This document shows, piece after piece, positions 40,083-51,700 of a stretch of 64,000 nucleotides of DNA. Both the position numbers and the translations under genes were made by a program. The first letter of the stretch is position 1. The number at the start of each line of letters is the position of its first letter. This DNA is from Lingula anatina (taxonomy: Eukaryota; Animalia; Brachiopoda). Location of the stretch: contig CM120646.1 in NCBI GenBank assembly GCA_051362555.1, positions 20,832,001 through 20,896,000 on the forward strand, given 5' to 3'. The notes under the pieces were generated by a model. It saw only the letters and a list, made by a program, of their open reading frames with translations, made no database searches and was not told the DNA's origin.

Positions 40083-41772
40083 TAACTTAAGGCAAAGTTA
40101 GTTTTAATCTAAGATAACGCAGCTATGTCTTTTTTTTTCAGGCAACGATGAATTCGTAAAATTATTAAGTAATAAAAAAGAAGTGCTAAAGCGCTTCGTT
40201 TTCTGTCTTTTTCATCCAACCTTCTTTTCTGCTCTTTAAGCTTCTTTCCCTTGTCTTTTGAATCTGAATTAGATTAGAATCTGAATTGAGCAAAATTCAA
40301 AATATTTGAAAATTGTTGCACAACGAAATTGTCGAGACACGAGCATGCGTCGTGAGCACGCCTTTTATACTCGCAGTCCCGCCGTGTTTTCGATTTTGTT
40401 CGTTATAGATGTGAGGGCGTGCGCCGTACTCAACACGCAAAGGGCTCTTTCTCCTTCAGGGCCGTAGCCTCCGGGGGGGGGGGGGGGGGGGGGGGGCAGG
40501 GTGGGCAGCTGCCCCCCCTGGGATTTGAGGTCCAAAAAAAAAAAAAAACAATTGCAGAGGTAAAAAAAAAAATAATTGCAAAGTTGGTATCAATTCTGTT
40601 AGAAAATGCACTCATGGCCACTAGACAATCATTCAACAATCTGTTTACAAAGGTGTGCTGTTTTTAGCCAACTCAGTTCATGCCAGAAAGCTCACCCTCC
40701 CTTAGGGAGCTATCCCCCAAGCTGTTATCAGGTTATTGTTTATTTCCCTGCACTTCGTAGGATCTTTACAATCTTCCCTGCAACACCAGTAGGCAGTGTT
40801 GCATGCGAGAGATCATTTCAGCCCTCCGTCGTCTGAAACTGTGGACACGCACTTGGAGCATGGCAGAGGCACGCCTTAGCGGATTGGCTCTCTTGATTGT
40901 CCACAGAGAAAGAAACGTTATTCCTAATCCTGAGACAATCTACGAAATGAAGTCCAATGGGCGGGTTGTGTTGAAAAAATGACTGTACTTATGGCAAAAT
41001 GAACCCACAATTTCTTACTTCTGATTGAGCAATAAATAACAGTTAAAATGCACCAGAATGCAGTATTATACATACAGTTTTTTAAAATTTTCCACACCGT
41101 GGGAGGGGGAAACCCCCTCCCACCCCCTCCCTCCTTGGGGTCTTCGCCCCCTCGTGTCCGCTTACTGCCCCCCCCCCCCCCCCCCCCCCTGGGATTTTGC
41201 TCAGGCTACGGCCCTGTCCTTCATTTCTTGCGGCGTGCATCTTGGACCAGGCAAGTCCTTAGAAAGGGAGCAAATTACGCTTGCGGCCTCGCTGTTCGCA
41301 GATTATTCGTAGAATCTATTGGACATGTTCAATATCCTCCGTACGTGCTTACATACGTGCGAACTCGAAATTTCGCATAAAGGACTTGCGCGGCACATGA
41401 GATTCTCCGCAAAATTTGGACTTAAAACGGGTCGTAGATTTTGATCCACTTACCTAGACTGACCCTAACCTGTATAATTAAATGGAGGGTTGACTCTATT
41501 ACTCGATCCTCAGTTTCGTCAAAATTGCATAGGGGGAGTAATGATGCGGGGGAGTATCGGTGCGGGGGAATAACGGTGCGGGGAAACAACAACGCGGGGG
41601 AGTATCGGTGCGGGGGAGTAACGGTGCGCGTATAACGGCAATTTTACAGGGGGTTTATCGATGCGGGGATCTATCGGTGTGGGGTCGTATCGATGTGCAT
41701 AATGCAAAAATTTACTAAGGGGGAGTATCGGTGCGGGGGAGTAACGATGCGGGGGAGTATCGGCATGATCCC
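39588..41772. mobile_element. Non-autonomous TIR (foldback-like) element with arms made of short repeats
   Basis: Left arm (actcccccgcaccgat)n at 39600-39755; right arm (gggggagtatcggtgc)n at 41530-41765; TA on both flanks. Confidence 0.7.
40457..41216 (+). mobile_element. Internally deleted hAT element with 5-bp TSD and a dimerisation-domain remnant, nested inside the 39588-41772 element
   Basis: TIRs cagggccgtagcct / aggctacggccctg; TSD tcctt on both sides; frameshifted FPALRRIFTIFPATPVGSVACERSF...LRRLKLWTR...ARLSGLALLIVHRE, the hAT C-terminal dimerisation motif. Confidence 0.85.
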
Positions 41773-41780
41773 TACAGGAC

Positions 41781-41866
41781 CACTCCATTGATCCAGGGGA
41801 GACTCCGCTATTGCCCACATTATCGTTTCTATCACCTCTCCGTTGTTGTTGACCAGCAACAGCCAC
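41781..41866 (-). pseudogene. Diverged duplicate fragment of nuclear-receptor coding exon 1
   Basis: Reads VAVAGQQQRRGDRNDNVGNSGVSPGSMEW versus [27 protein letters not shown] at 35765-35685; shared DNA ctccattgatccag and cattatcgtttctatcacc. Confidence 0.75.
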
Positions 41867-42129
41867 GCTCGGCTGTCACCTTGATTGGATAGTAAACGAT
41901 TGTCGTATTACTCTATTTTATTGTCTCTATGGAGGTATATGGGGACTTTACGACATTCGGTTTGAAGGCTTTAACTACTTGTTATAGTTTATTTTTGCAT
42001 TGTATTGGATTAATGTGGTAGTCCAAGGTTGTTGTAGGTGGTTTTCAAGTTTATGCACCCGGTTTTAATATCATTTAGCGATTTTACGACAATCGTTTAC
42101 TATCCAATCAAGGTGACAGCCGAGCGTGG
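41863..42129. mobile_element. MITE with ~45-bp perfect TIRs
   Basis: ccacgctcggctgtcaccttgattggatagtaaacgattgtcgta ... tacgacaatcgtttactatccaatcaaggtgacagccgagcgtgg. Confidence 0.85.
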
Positions 42130-42395
42130 TTTCAGTCTGTGAAACTGGGAATTTCCCATCACACAAACGGCGTTTGATGGCGATGCTGCTGACATTTAGG
42201 GTGTGTTGCGCTATTTGTGTCAAAGCGACACACAGTACAGTCTGACAGGGAAAGTTAGAACTTGACAACTATCAGTAATTGAAGGCGATATCAGCGAACG
42301 TCAGCCGCCAAATTAGTGAGCACTACATGTACTGAGTACAGTAGGACGTTTAGGATTGGTATAACGCCCGTATAGTTGATAGGTCAATTGTTGCA

Positions 42396-45300
42396 CAGTA
42401 GGACACATACTGTCACGGCGTAGGGTTTTTACGTCGTTTTTTCACGCGCCATTACGTTACGTCGCGTTCGTTTTGTGAAACAGTGGAAATTTGACCGAAA
42501 AATGCCAATATTATCTGCAGAAGTAAATATCTAATACTTCCAATCAGATGTTATATTAATTGGGTATTTAAGCTTCATACCCATGTAATATTTTATTTTG
42601 AAATGTTTCATTTGACCGAGTTTATGTTTGCCAAACTCACACGTCGCGGTGACATTTTTCCTTGGCAACATCGTAACTTTCCTTAAAATTTGCAAACTAG
42701 AGAGTGTGCGGGAAATTTCAGAGCCTGCATAATGTGTTTAAAAGCCATAATTGTGTGGCTAAATTTTTATTCAAATCTATCCTTGTAAACAAATGCCTCA
42801 GCTGTTTTCGTAGGAAGATAGTGTAAAATTCAGGATTTGACGTCATGCATCGGCCAAGACGAGCCCAACTGAATGTTTGTTTACATTTTCACCTATTTGC
42901 ACTTTGGGGAATACTTGTTTTAAATATGGTCGGTAATTCTATTTTTATGTTGATATATGTTACTGTTTGTATAAGGTTTAGTCCTAATTCCATTTTACGA
43001 TGTTACGACTGATATTTGTACAAAAACAATATCTAAGGAGCTGGTCAAAATTTTCAGTGGTAAATGTGCAAGCTTAAATTGGCTAATATACGTATTTCTA
43101 AATGTTATCTGTGTTTTATGTGACATTGATAAGATAAGTGGATTGTTTTCTTCATTTTAATTGGCAGATAAGTATTTTTAATAAGCATATATTTCTTTAA
43201 AATCCTTTATTCAACATATACAACATACTGAAACATGTTGAACAATTTTATCTGGCAAGTTATAATAGTAGAAAAAATAATAAATTAACATGATGATACT
43301 AATAAATCCACCTTCAAAACCAAGGCATCATGCTGTTACAATCTACACCATGTGTTGCATTGTCAGTGATATAATTTATAAATGCAGTTTTTGATCGTTT
43401 TATGTTAAAGAACTTCTCTGTAGGCATTTGGCAATTAAAATATTTGAAGACATTGTATATAACCAGGGCACTTAATTTGCATTTATTATCAAGTACAACC
43501 GGCTGTTTAAAAACACATGGACTTTCTTGTTACAGCGAATACTAGTTTTACTATATGAAAGAAAATGAAAAGAAAAATGTCACAAAGCATATTTAAGCTT
43601 TGTGATCATGTCTCATAATGTTTATAATTATTATTTAAAGATAGTGTCATTTTCAACATTAATCACAAAATTATAATTTTGCATGTTTTTTTACAAAATC
43701 ATGAATTCTTAGAGAGGGCATGATTAATGTATACTAAACTGCAAAATGTCTGTTTCCCTTGTTTTCTTTTTCTTTTTCATTTTCCATTCCTTTGCTGTCT
43801 TTCTTTTTGAATATTATAAGCCAACAATTATAAGTGGTAAACCATGGGCTATTGGTTTTCTGCAATTATCAACTTTTATTGAAAAATTACTTTCAAGTCT
43901 AATATGCCTTTAGTTGCTTTAGATCTGTCCAAACACTCAGTAAATACATCTTGCATATCTCTATCAACAGAGGTATAGAAATAAATACATAAACCAAGGT
44001 TGCGTTATTGATATCATCATGATCACTTTCACATTATGTAGCACCCACTTTTCCTGTTACTTGCATGAAACTCTTCATTTTCACCTGCAATGAAAAAATA
44101 CCACTACAACATAAATTATTAGAGACCATGGTTAAAGATAAACATTTTCATTTACATAAATTGAGAACATGTATCAAAACTTACTACAGAAGACCACAAC
44201 AGATCCACACATAGTTAATGGTACCGGGGGTACATAAGGCACTGTTACAAAGTTTACTATGAATTACATAATAATGCTTTCCTGGGAACTAATATGATGA
44301 TGCTCAAAAATTTTCTACTGTAGATTTGTATTTTGGAATGTACTTTGAGATATAGCTGTATAACAATTAGAAGTGTATAATTGAAGATTAAATATGTACC
44401 CCGTATACTTATCAAATGAATCTTGGCAGGTGCTCGCGCTGGTAAACTGCTTTCGTATCATTATTCAGACTTGCCAAAAATTAAGTAAATCTGTTGACTA
44501 AAGTGATGTAAATGAGTCGGGGTAGGTCACACAGTGCAGAATGAACAACACCCCCTATTAACAAAACTACATGTATGATACATTGTATACTATAACTTAC
44601 AACTTGGACATATCCAAATGTACTATATACCGAACATGATCTTGAAGTTGGGGGATGGCATACACTTTTTTCGTATAAAGTATAACTTCTGAATTCTGTT
44701 GAAAATCTATACCTACCTCATTATAATCTTCATATATAGTTTACATGTGTGGGTCACAAATTTCCGCAAGTTTTGGTGCAATTCGTAACTGGCCGCACAA
44801 TTCACTCCACCTGTCCACCCTCGTGATAAAATTGCGGGATTTCCAATGAAAATAGGTCAGACAAACTCCCGCAAAACGAGAGGCAAAATTGGTTCTTCGG
44901 CATTAATTTTAAGTTGTATTTTTATTATTTCATGCAATCATTGCCCTAATAAACTGAAAACCTTATTTGTGATCACACTGGACTTAAGAAATGCATAATT
45001 TGAAGGCCCAAACAGCATGTCACATGACTTCTGTCACATGATATTTACGAATCAAAACAGTTCAAGGTCAGTAGTCTGCTGCTTAGGAGAAAAGTGTGGA
45101 TCATAGCACCTTATGTGAAATTTGAGGTTAGTTTGAAACTTTTTATAGTGAATAAAGGTGTTTATTTGCTTGAATGACGGCAAAAATGGGTATTTTATTC
45201 GATGGTTTTGCGCGGGAGTAAATTTCCGCTGATTTTGACAACTTCCCATATTTTCGGTCGAGACTGACAAACCAAAGAGTGTGCGGGATTTTCCTTTAAA

Positions 45301-45693
45301 AATTGAAAACCTTTATACTTTAGCAATCTTTTTTCGCAATTTAAGCGAATTTTATATTTGTAAACAAATTTCTCGCATTATAGTCCCTCCCTAGACATTT
45401 GCGTTTTTGGTTCTGTAAAAAATTCCGTCCTCTGTATTCAGGACGCGGTGGAAAGAATTCTTTACGGTTTATTGGTAAAACTATGCTATTTTTCGACAGA
45501 AGAACAAATGCTTATTCACTTTTTAAAATATAAAAGTTCAAGCCACTGTAGATTTTTTGCAATATAGATTTACGTGTAACGTACACATTTTCAACGAGTC
45601 GCCGTTCTCGGGCTATTTTGTTACGCGGACGTAGCAAAACAACAATCATGACGTGCCGAAGTACACCGCTTTTTGACAGTATGTGTCCTACTG
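42396..45693. mobile_element. 3.3-kb non-autonomous DNA transposon with 20-bp TIRs and 5-bp TSD
   Basis: cagtaggacacatactgtca ... tgacagtatgtgtcctactg; ttgca duplicated at 42391-42395 and 45694-45698; no intact ORF. Confidence 0.85.
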
Positions 45694-45709
45694 TTGCACA
45701 ATATTGAAT

Positions 45710-48700
45710 ATGGCGTCGACTGCTTCACAACAACGTACAAGGTGGCCTCCACTGCTACTGCTGGTAAGTGTCAGTGATTCATTTAAGCACATGCAAACAC
45801 AAAGAGAGTTGAACCTGATAAAACAATTGATACTTGATCTATGCTATGATTATAGTAGAAAATTTTTCAAACTGATCAGAAGATTATAATACTTATATCA
45901 TCTGAAAGGCAATGCAAAAACCGGATGAAATCATTTGAAATTTTTTAAATATTCCTACAAGCAACAAAGATATTTTTAACTGCAAAAATTCACCAAAAGT
46001 GTCCACACTCTTCAGCTAAAAACCTGTCACTACGACCAGCAGTGATCACTCAGCTGTAGCTGCAGCTCAAATTGCTTGTGACCAATTAGGGCAATTATGG
46101 CTGTATGTTAATCTAATGACCCGGAAACAAACCCAAATTGGCAACCGCACAAGCACATGGCTGGGATGGCTTCCATGCAGATCATGTACTATAAATATTG
46201 CGCATCAAATAAACTATACTTCGCATGGTTTAATTTTCATGATTTTTCTACATAATATTGCAAATTTCATAATCTTTATTCACTATAAATTTCAAAAAAA
46301 TTTCAACCAGTACTTAAGTGACATTTTTGAGCATTTTGTTGAGGCAAAACTTCAAACGCCCTGAACTGAAACTTTTCAAAGACGGCAACACGGGAAAATC
46401 ATGTGACCGGATTTTACTCTTTGGTTTACAGCTTATTTAGTTAATGGCTTGTATTAGTTTTTTTACGCGGCACTAAAAGAGAGATTTAAAAAAAGGGGTG
46501 CCATAGGCGAGCTGTCAGCAGGCCAATATCAGTTTTATACTTCACTGCCCCTGGATAGTTCAGGGGCGGATTTAGGCCGTCTTCTGGGTCTTCTGGAAGA
46601 CGGTCAGATTTTCAAGTTTACATTGTCTGGCATGTAATTTTTTCTGTCGGAAGACGGTCAAAAATGGAGGATGGATCAACAAAGACAATTTGGAAGACTG
46701 TCAGCAAATATCTCTGGATCCGCCCCTGTAGTTACTACTGTAGCGCCCCTAGCGGATTGTGATATACCTAATTATAGGCCAGAACTGGCTACCCCTTCAC
46801 AGACGCCATTTATGACTCAGCTGTCTCAGGAAGGCTGGATCCACCTTCTTGCTGGTCATACTGTCGCCTGTTTCCTCACTATAGTCACACGTCTAAGCAA
46901 CTGGCATCTGGGGTAATGCTACCCGTGCAACATGGCGGATCGCGTTGACTTCTGTGTGTGTGTGTGGGGGGGGGGGGGGGTTTCGGACACTTAAAAATTT
47001 AGGAGACACCAGGGGCTCATGATTTTAAATACCATAACAATATTAATAATGGTTACACAAGCACAACTTCTTTATTATTTTAAGTCATAATATGGTCATT
47101 AATCTATTTATCATGTAGGCAATGACAAAGATATATATATATCTGGCCTGATCAGATATGTTTTTTCATTGCATTAACAAAAATAAATAAAATATGCATC
47201 AAAGCCTGTTTCATCAAAATGGTTAAAATATTATTTTTCTCAGAATGTGTCTGCTAAAAGTAAAGACATATGTTGTGGGAATTAGAGACCAATATCATAT
47301 GACCTTAATTGCAAATGACCCATCGTAACAGCTAAAAATACATACTTGTAAAACACATAATTGGCTATATTTTTGTAAATATAGTCCGATTACCATAATT
47401 CTTTTTTATTTTGCTCCCATGAGCAGTGCCTTTGATACCAGTCTATCACCAATATCCAATCATAAATTGCTAATTAACATTAACAACATTTATTTGTTCA
47501 CCCTGTTTGTGAAACAGCCGATTAATTGTATGTTTGTGTAATGTACCTGTGCTGGTGCATTGGGTAACTATGAGCTGAGATAAAGCTCAACTTTCAGACA
47601 GCTTCTCTCACCATAGAATGTACAGTGTACAGGCCTACCCAACTACCAGACTCGGCACCGAATGATCCTGAATTCACTGGTAGATCAGACCACACTACCC
47701 GTTTTCAAGGTGTCAGTACGCATTACACGGTATCATACCCTGAACAAATTTTGAGTGGTGATGCAATGCTTTTCAACCCCGCTGAGAATCGTCACTATCA
47801 CATCGCGTACTAGGCAAGAGCGGTGTTGCGTCTTGTTATGTACCTTTACATATACATATGAGATGAATGTCCTAAACTTATATAATTTTGTACGCTTAAT
47901 TCAAGCGTGGGCTCGAAATAGGACTTACGTTTCAGACTTACTCAGTGGATAACGCAATTCAAAGATTCCACGATTCGTGTCAGATTTACGTGAGGTCGTG
48001 CAAAGAAAACCCAAGTCCACATAATGACCAGTTAAATGATTTATTCATTGACTCTGTCTAACTACATCATCTACATGAAATCTCCAAGCTCTAGGCCGTC
48101 TCCCATGGCTCTGTCGAGCGGTCTCCTTCGAGTCTTCTTCAGTCTGACCTCCAGATATTAATTCTAGACGTCCTTTATACATATTTCTTATCTTTAGGTG
48201 GATTCGGTGCTGCATTATTTGGCGGTACATACTAATTTTAATTATTCAAATTGCACACGTCACTTTAGTTACATAACTACAGGTAAGGCCATAAAACGAG
48301 TCGAGTGCACAAGCAATCGACTCTAATCAAATTAATTTACATGTCTGGGAATTATATTTGTGAACACTACAGTCTGATACTGTGAGATGCGTACTGATAC
48401 ACACCTTGAAAACGGGTAGTGTGGTCCGATTTACCGGTGAATTCAGGATCATTCGGTGCCGAGTCTGGTAGTTGGGTAGGCCTGGGCTGGTGTACATGCA
48501 TTAGTAAGTAAGTTATTGGTAATGTGGGAGTCACTAGATGTACTTGTGTCAAAATGAATTCACTGTGACTAGCTTGCTTATGCAATGAAATTGAAAGCCG
48601 TGCATGGAGGTTGCAACATGCCCATAATCTTGCAGTTGCTTTTTAAAAATGCACAGTGTAAGATTTTCTGATGAAAGATTAACAATTTATTAAAATTCCA

Positions 48701-51700
48701 GGGGTAAGACGATTCTTGTTAATGTCAAAACATGGTTAACAGGTGTTGTGTTTTGTGAGGAGGAAAATTTGATCATTTGTTTGGTGTCAATAATTCATGC
48801 CATTTGTATGTTCAAAAAATCAAAATTTTCTTTTTCTCAATTACAGAGGTTTACCAGTATGTCACATAATGTGCTTAGCGCATGTTTCAAATCTTACATA
48901 TTTTTCCTATAGTTTATTTGCATGCATTATTTATATTGTGTTTATATATGCATGTATTTATATGTTTATTTATTTAATAGGTATTGAATTTGGGATTAAT
49001 ACTTACTAGTATATGTCAGGGGATGCCTTTGTTCATGGCAAGTAGTCAATATGATATCAACACAGGTTAGTAAGTAATTGCACGGCCACCAGCCGGTTTT
49101 CTTAATTTGATACCAATATAACATTCCAAGTATTTACATAATTTTATATGTCATGCTCTAATCAGAAAACCTTGCATAAATAGCAAGCATGTATTTATTG
49201 TAGTGAAATTAAATATATACTTTTAGTACTCAGCTGCATGTTAAATTATACTTAAGTCTATTAGTATTATGCACATTACTGCTTGTTGCTTCTGTTAATA
49301 CACTCCAGCAATATCATCATAATCATTGTGAACTGTTTTGGTAATGTGTATCCTGTGTTTGCTGATGTCCTAATACTAGCACTTGTAAACTGAATTCTAG
49401 TATTAGTACATGTTAATTATGTGCATTGGAGATAATTATAAGATGAGTACTTTATAGTAATTACTTTTTTTGCAGGGAACATTAGTTACACATCAAACAA
49501 TACAGGGACCATTAGTTACACATCAAACAATACAGGGACCATTCAGGGAAACACATCAAACAATACTTGCCCACCTTGTAAAAAAGGTATGTGAGTCAGC
49601 CTTTATTTTTGGTATTGTATATGCATTCCATTGTGATTGCAGTTCAGTGTTTCCCCTGGCTTTCAAGCTCTGCGAGGTGGTAGGCAGTCCGCGATCCCAG
49701 CAATACTAAGGGGGTCCAGAGGCATGGCCCCCCAGAAAATCTTTTAAAACGAGGTGCAATTTGGTGCATTTTAGGGTATTTAGAACTGATTTTTTTTACA
49801 TTTTATGTGGCACTGAATTGTCTTGTTTTAGATGTTTTGAGGAGTAAATTCAGTAATGACATAACAAAGGTTTGGACAAAATTTATTTTCCAGTCTGTGC
49901 ATTCACTCAGTTTAGTCCTTTTCAGTTTATAGAACATACTCTTTCAAAAAAAAAAAAAAAAGTTAAGACTTTCAAAAAAAAAATATAATAATAAAAAAAT
50001 TAACTACTTTAATACTTACAAGAAACAGGAAAAAGGGCTTACTACATTGAATCATTTTTAAATTGACCAAAAAGTTGATAAAATATGTTGTTTTTACCGT
50101 TTTCACATTCTTGTGAAAGTAACTGGTCAATTGACTTTGCGTGTGGGAGCGCTTCATCCTAATATAAAACTGCCGCAAAATGTTCTCTCTCTTGTCGTTC
50201 AGCGTAAAGCGACTCCCGCTACTAGTTATACATAGTTTGAGATGTAATTTATAATCAACAACTTCAAACACCGTTAAATGAATTCTTCGGAATTAAAGAG
50301 ATGAAAATCACACTTATCAACAATTTTAGTTCTTCGTTTATTCATTTATATGGTTCTATTCAGTCATGGAAATTCATATTCAATGCATAGGTTTCCACGT
50401 GAAATACTGACGTGACCCAGTTTTACAACACTACTGCTTTCACAAAACTCATTCGTAAATCAATAGAAAATCTTCTCCAAGTTTATAAAATCAACGAAGT
50501 CCACTTTATTTGCTCCTTTTTTATCAGTGAATATTCGTAAACTATAAAAACACACAACAGGCGGTCTGAATTTCGAAACATGAAGTGATAGAGAAAGTGT
50601 ATTCTTGACGCGTGATTAAATGGTGTCAAGAACAGTTGCCTCGTTTCGCTCTGTCTCTTATACTTCAAATTAGGCACAGAAATGCGAAAACGAGGCACTC
50701 ACAGGGAGATAGTAACTGCTGGTTATTTTTAGGCATACGCGCATGCGTATTTCGGTTACTACTAAATCAAGCGCTCAGAAGCATGGGATTACTTATGTAA
50801 ACAGAAAATGCCATATTTGCTTAGAAATAAAAATAATTTTCAGTTAGCATGAGTGAAAATATACTTTGTTGTTCCATATAGCCCAGCGACGCGGTGCTTT
50901 TGACAAATTTCAGCGAGGCGCTTGCAAATATCAGCGAGGCGGGCGCCTCGCTCATTTAAGTGCAGGGGAAACACTGCAGTTTTATGCACATTTTGAAGAA
51001 ATTTCAGTCATTGATTCTGTACAAAACCTCTCTCTGTCCCTCTAATTCAGGGGCGGATCCAGAGATATTTTCTGACAGTCTTCCAAATTATCTTTGTTGA
51101 TCTGTCCTCCATTTTTGACTGTCTTCAATAGAAAAAAATTAGATACCAGTCAATGCAAACTTGAAAATCTGACCGTCTTCCAGAAGACGGCCTCAATCCG
51201 CCCCTGTAATTCTCAACGAAATTTCATCTACCTCATATAATATCTGTATTTACTACATTCTTTTCTTTTGTCTTGTAGGTGAAAAACTTCTGACAAATGC
51301 AACAGCAACACCTCATCCCTGTTTGTGTTCCAAATGCTCAGGCCAGTATACTGATATAGATGACAGGTAAATAATGACCAGCTGAGAATTTCACCTACTT
51401 GGACAAATTTGTCCCCTTCTTTTGGGCGAAAGATCTACCTGAAGATTGCGCTGTAGACATTTCTCAGTTTGTAGAAACTAGCTAATTGTCTATTAATTGG
51501 TAATGTCAAAAGTGAACTAGGTTTGTTTTATAAAATTGTGTGATTCTGTTAATTTTACCCAGAATTTTTTTTCAAAAATGCTAAAAAGATGCACTTGAAG
51601 TCAATTTTTTTTTTTTTTTTTTTGCCACAAAATTTATTGTGTGTGTGTGTGTGTTAACATATTGTTGCATATACAAAGCATAAATGTCTCATATTTCAGG

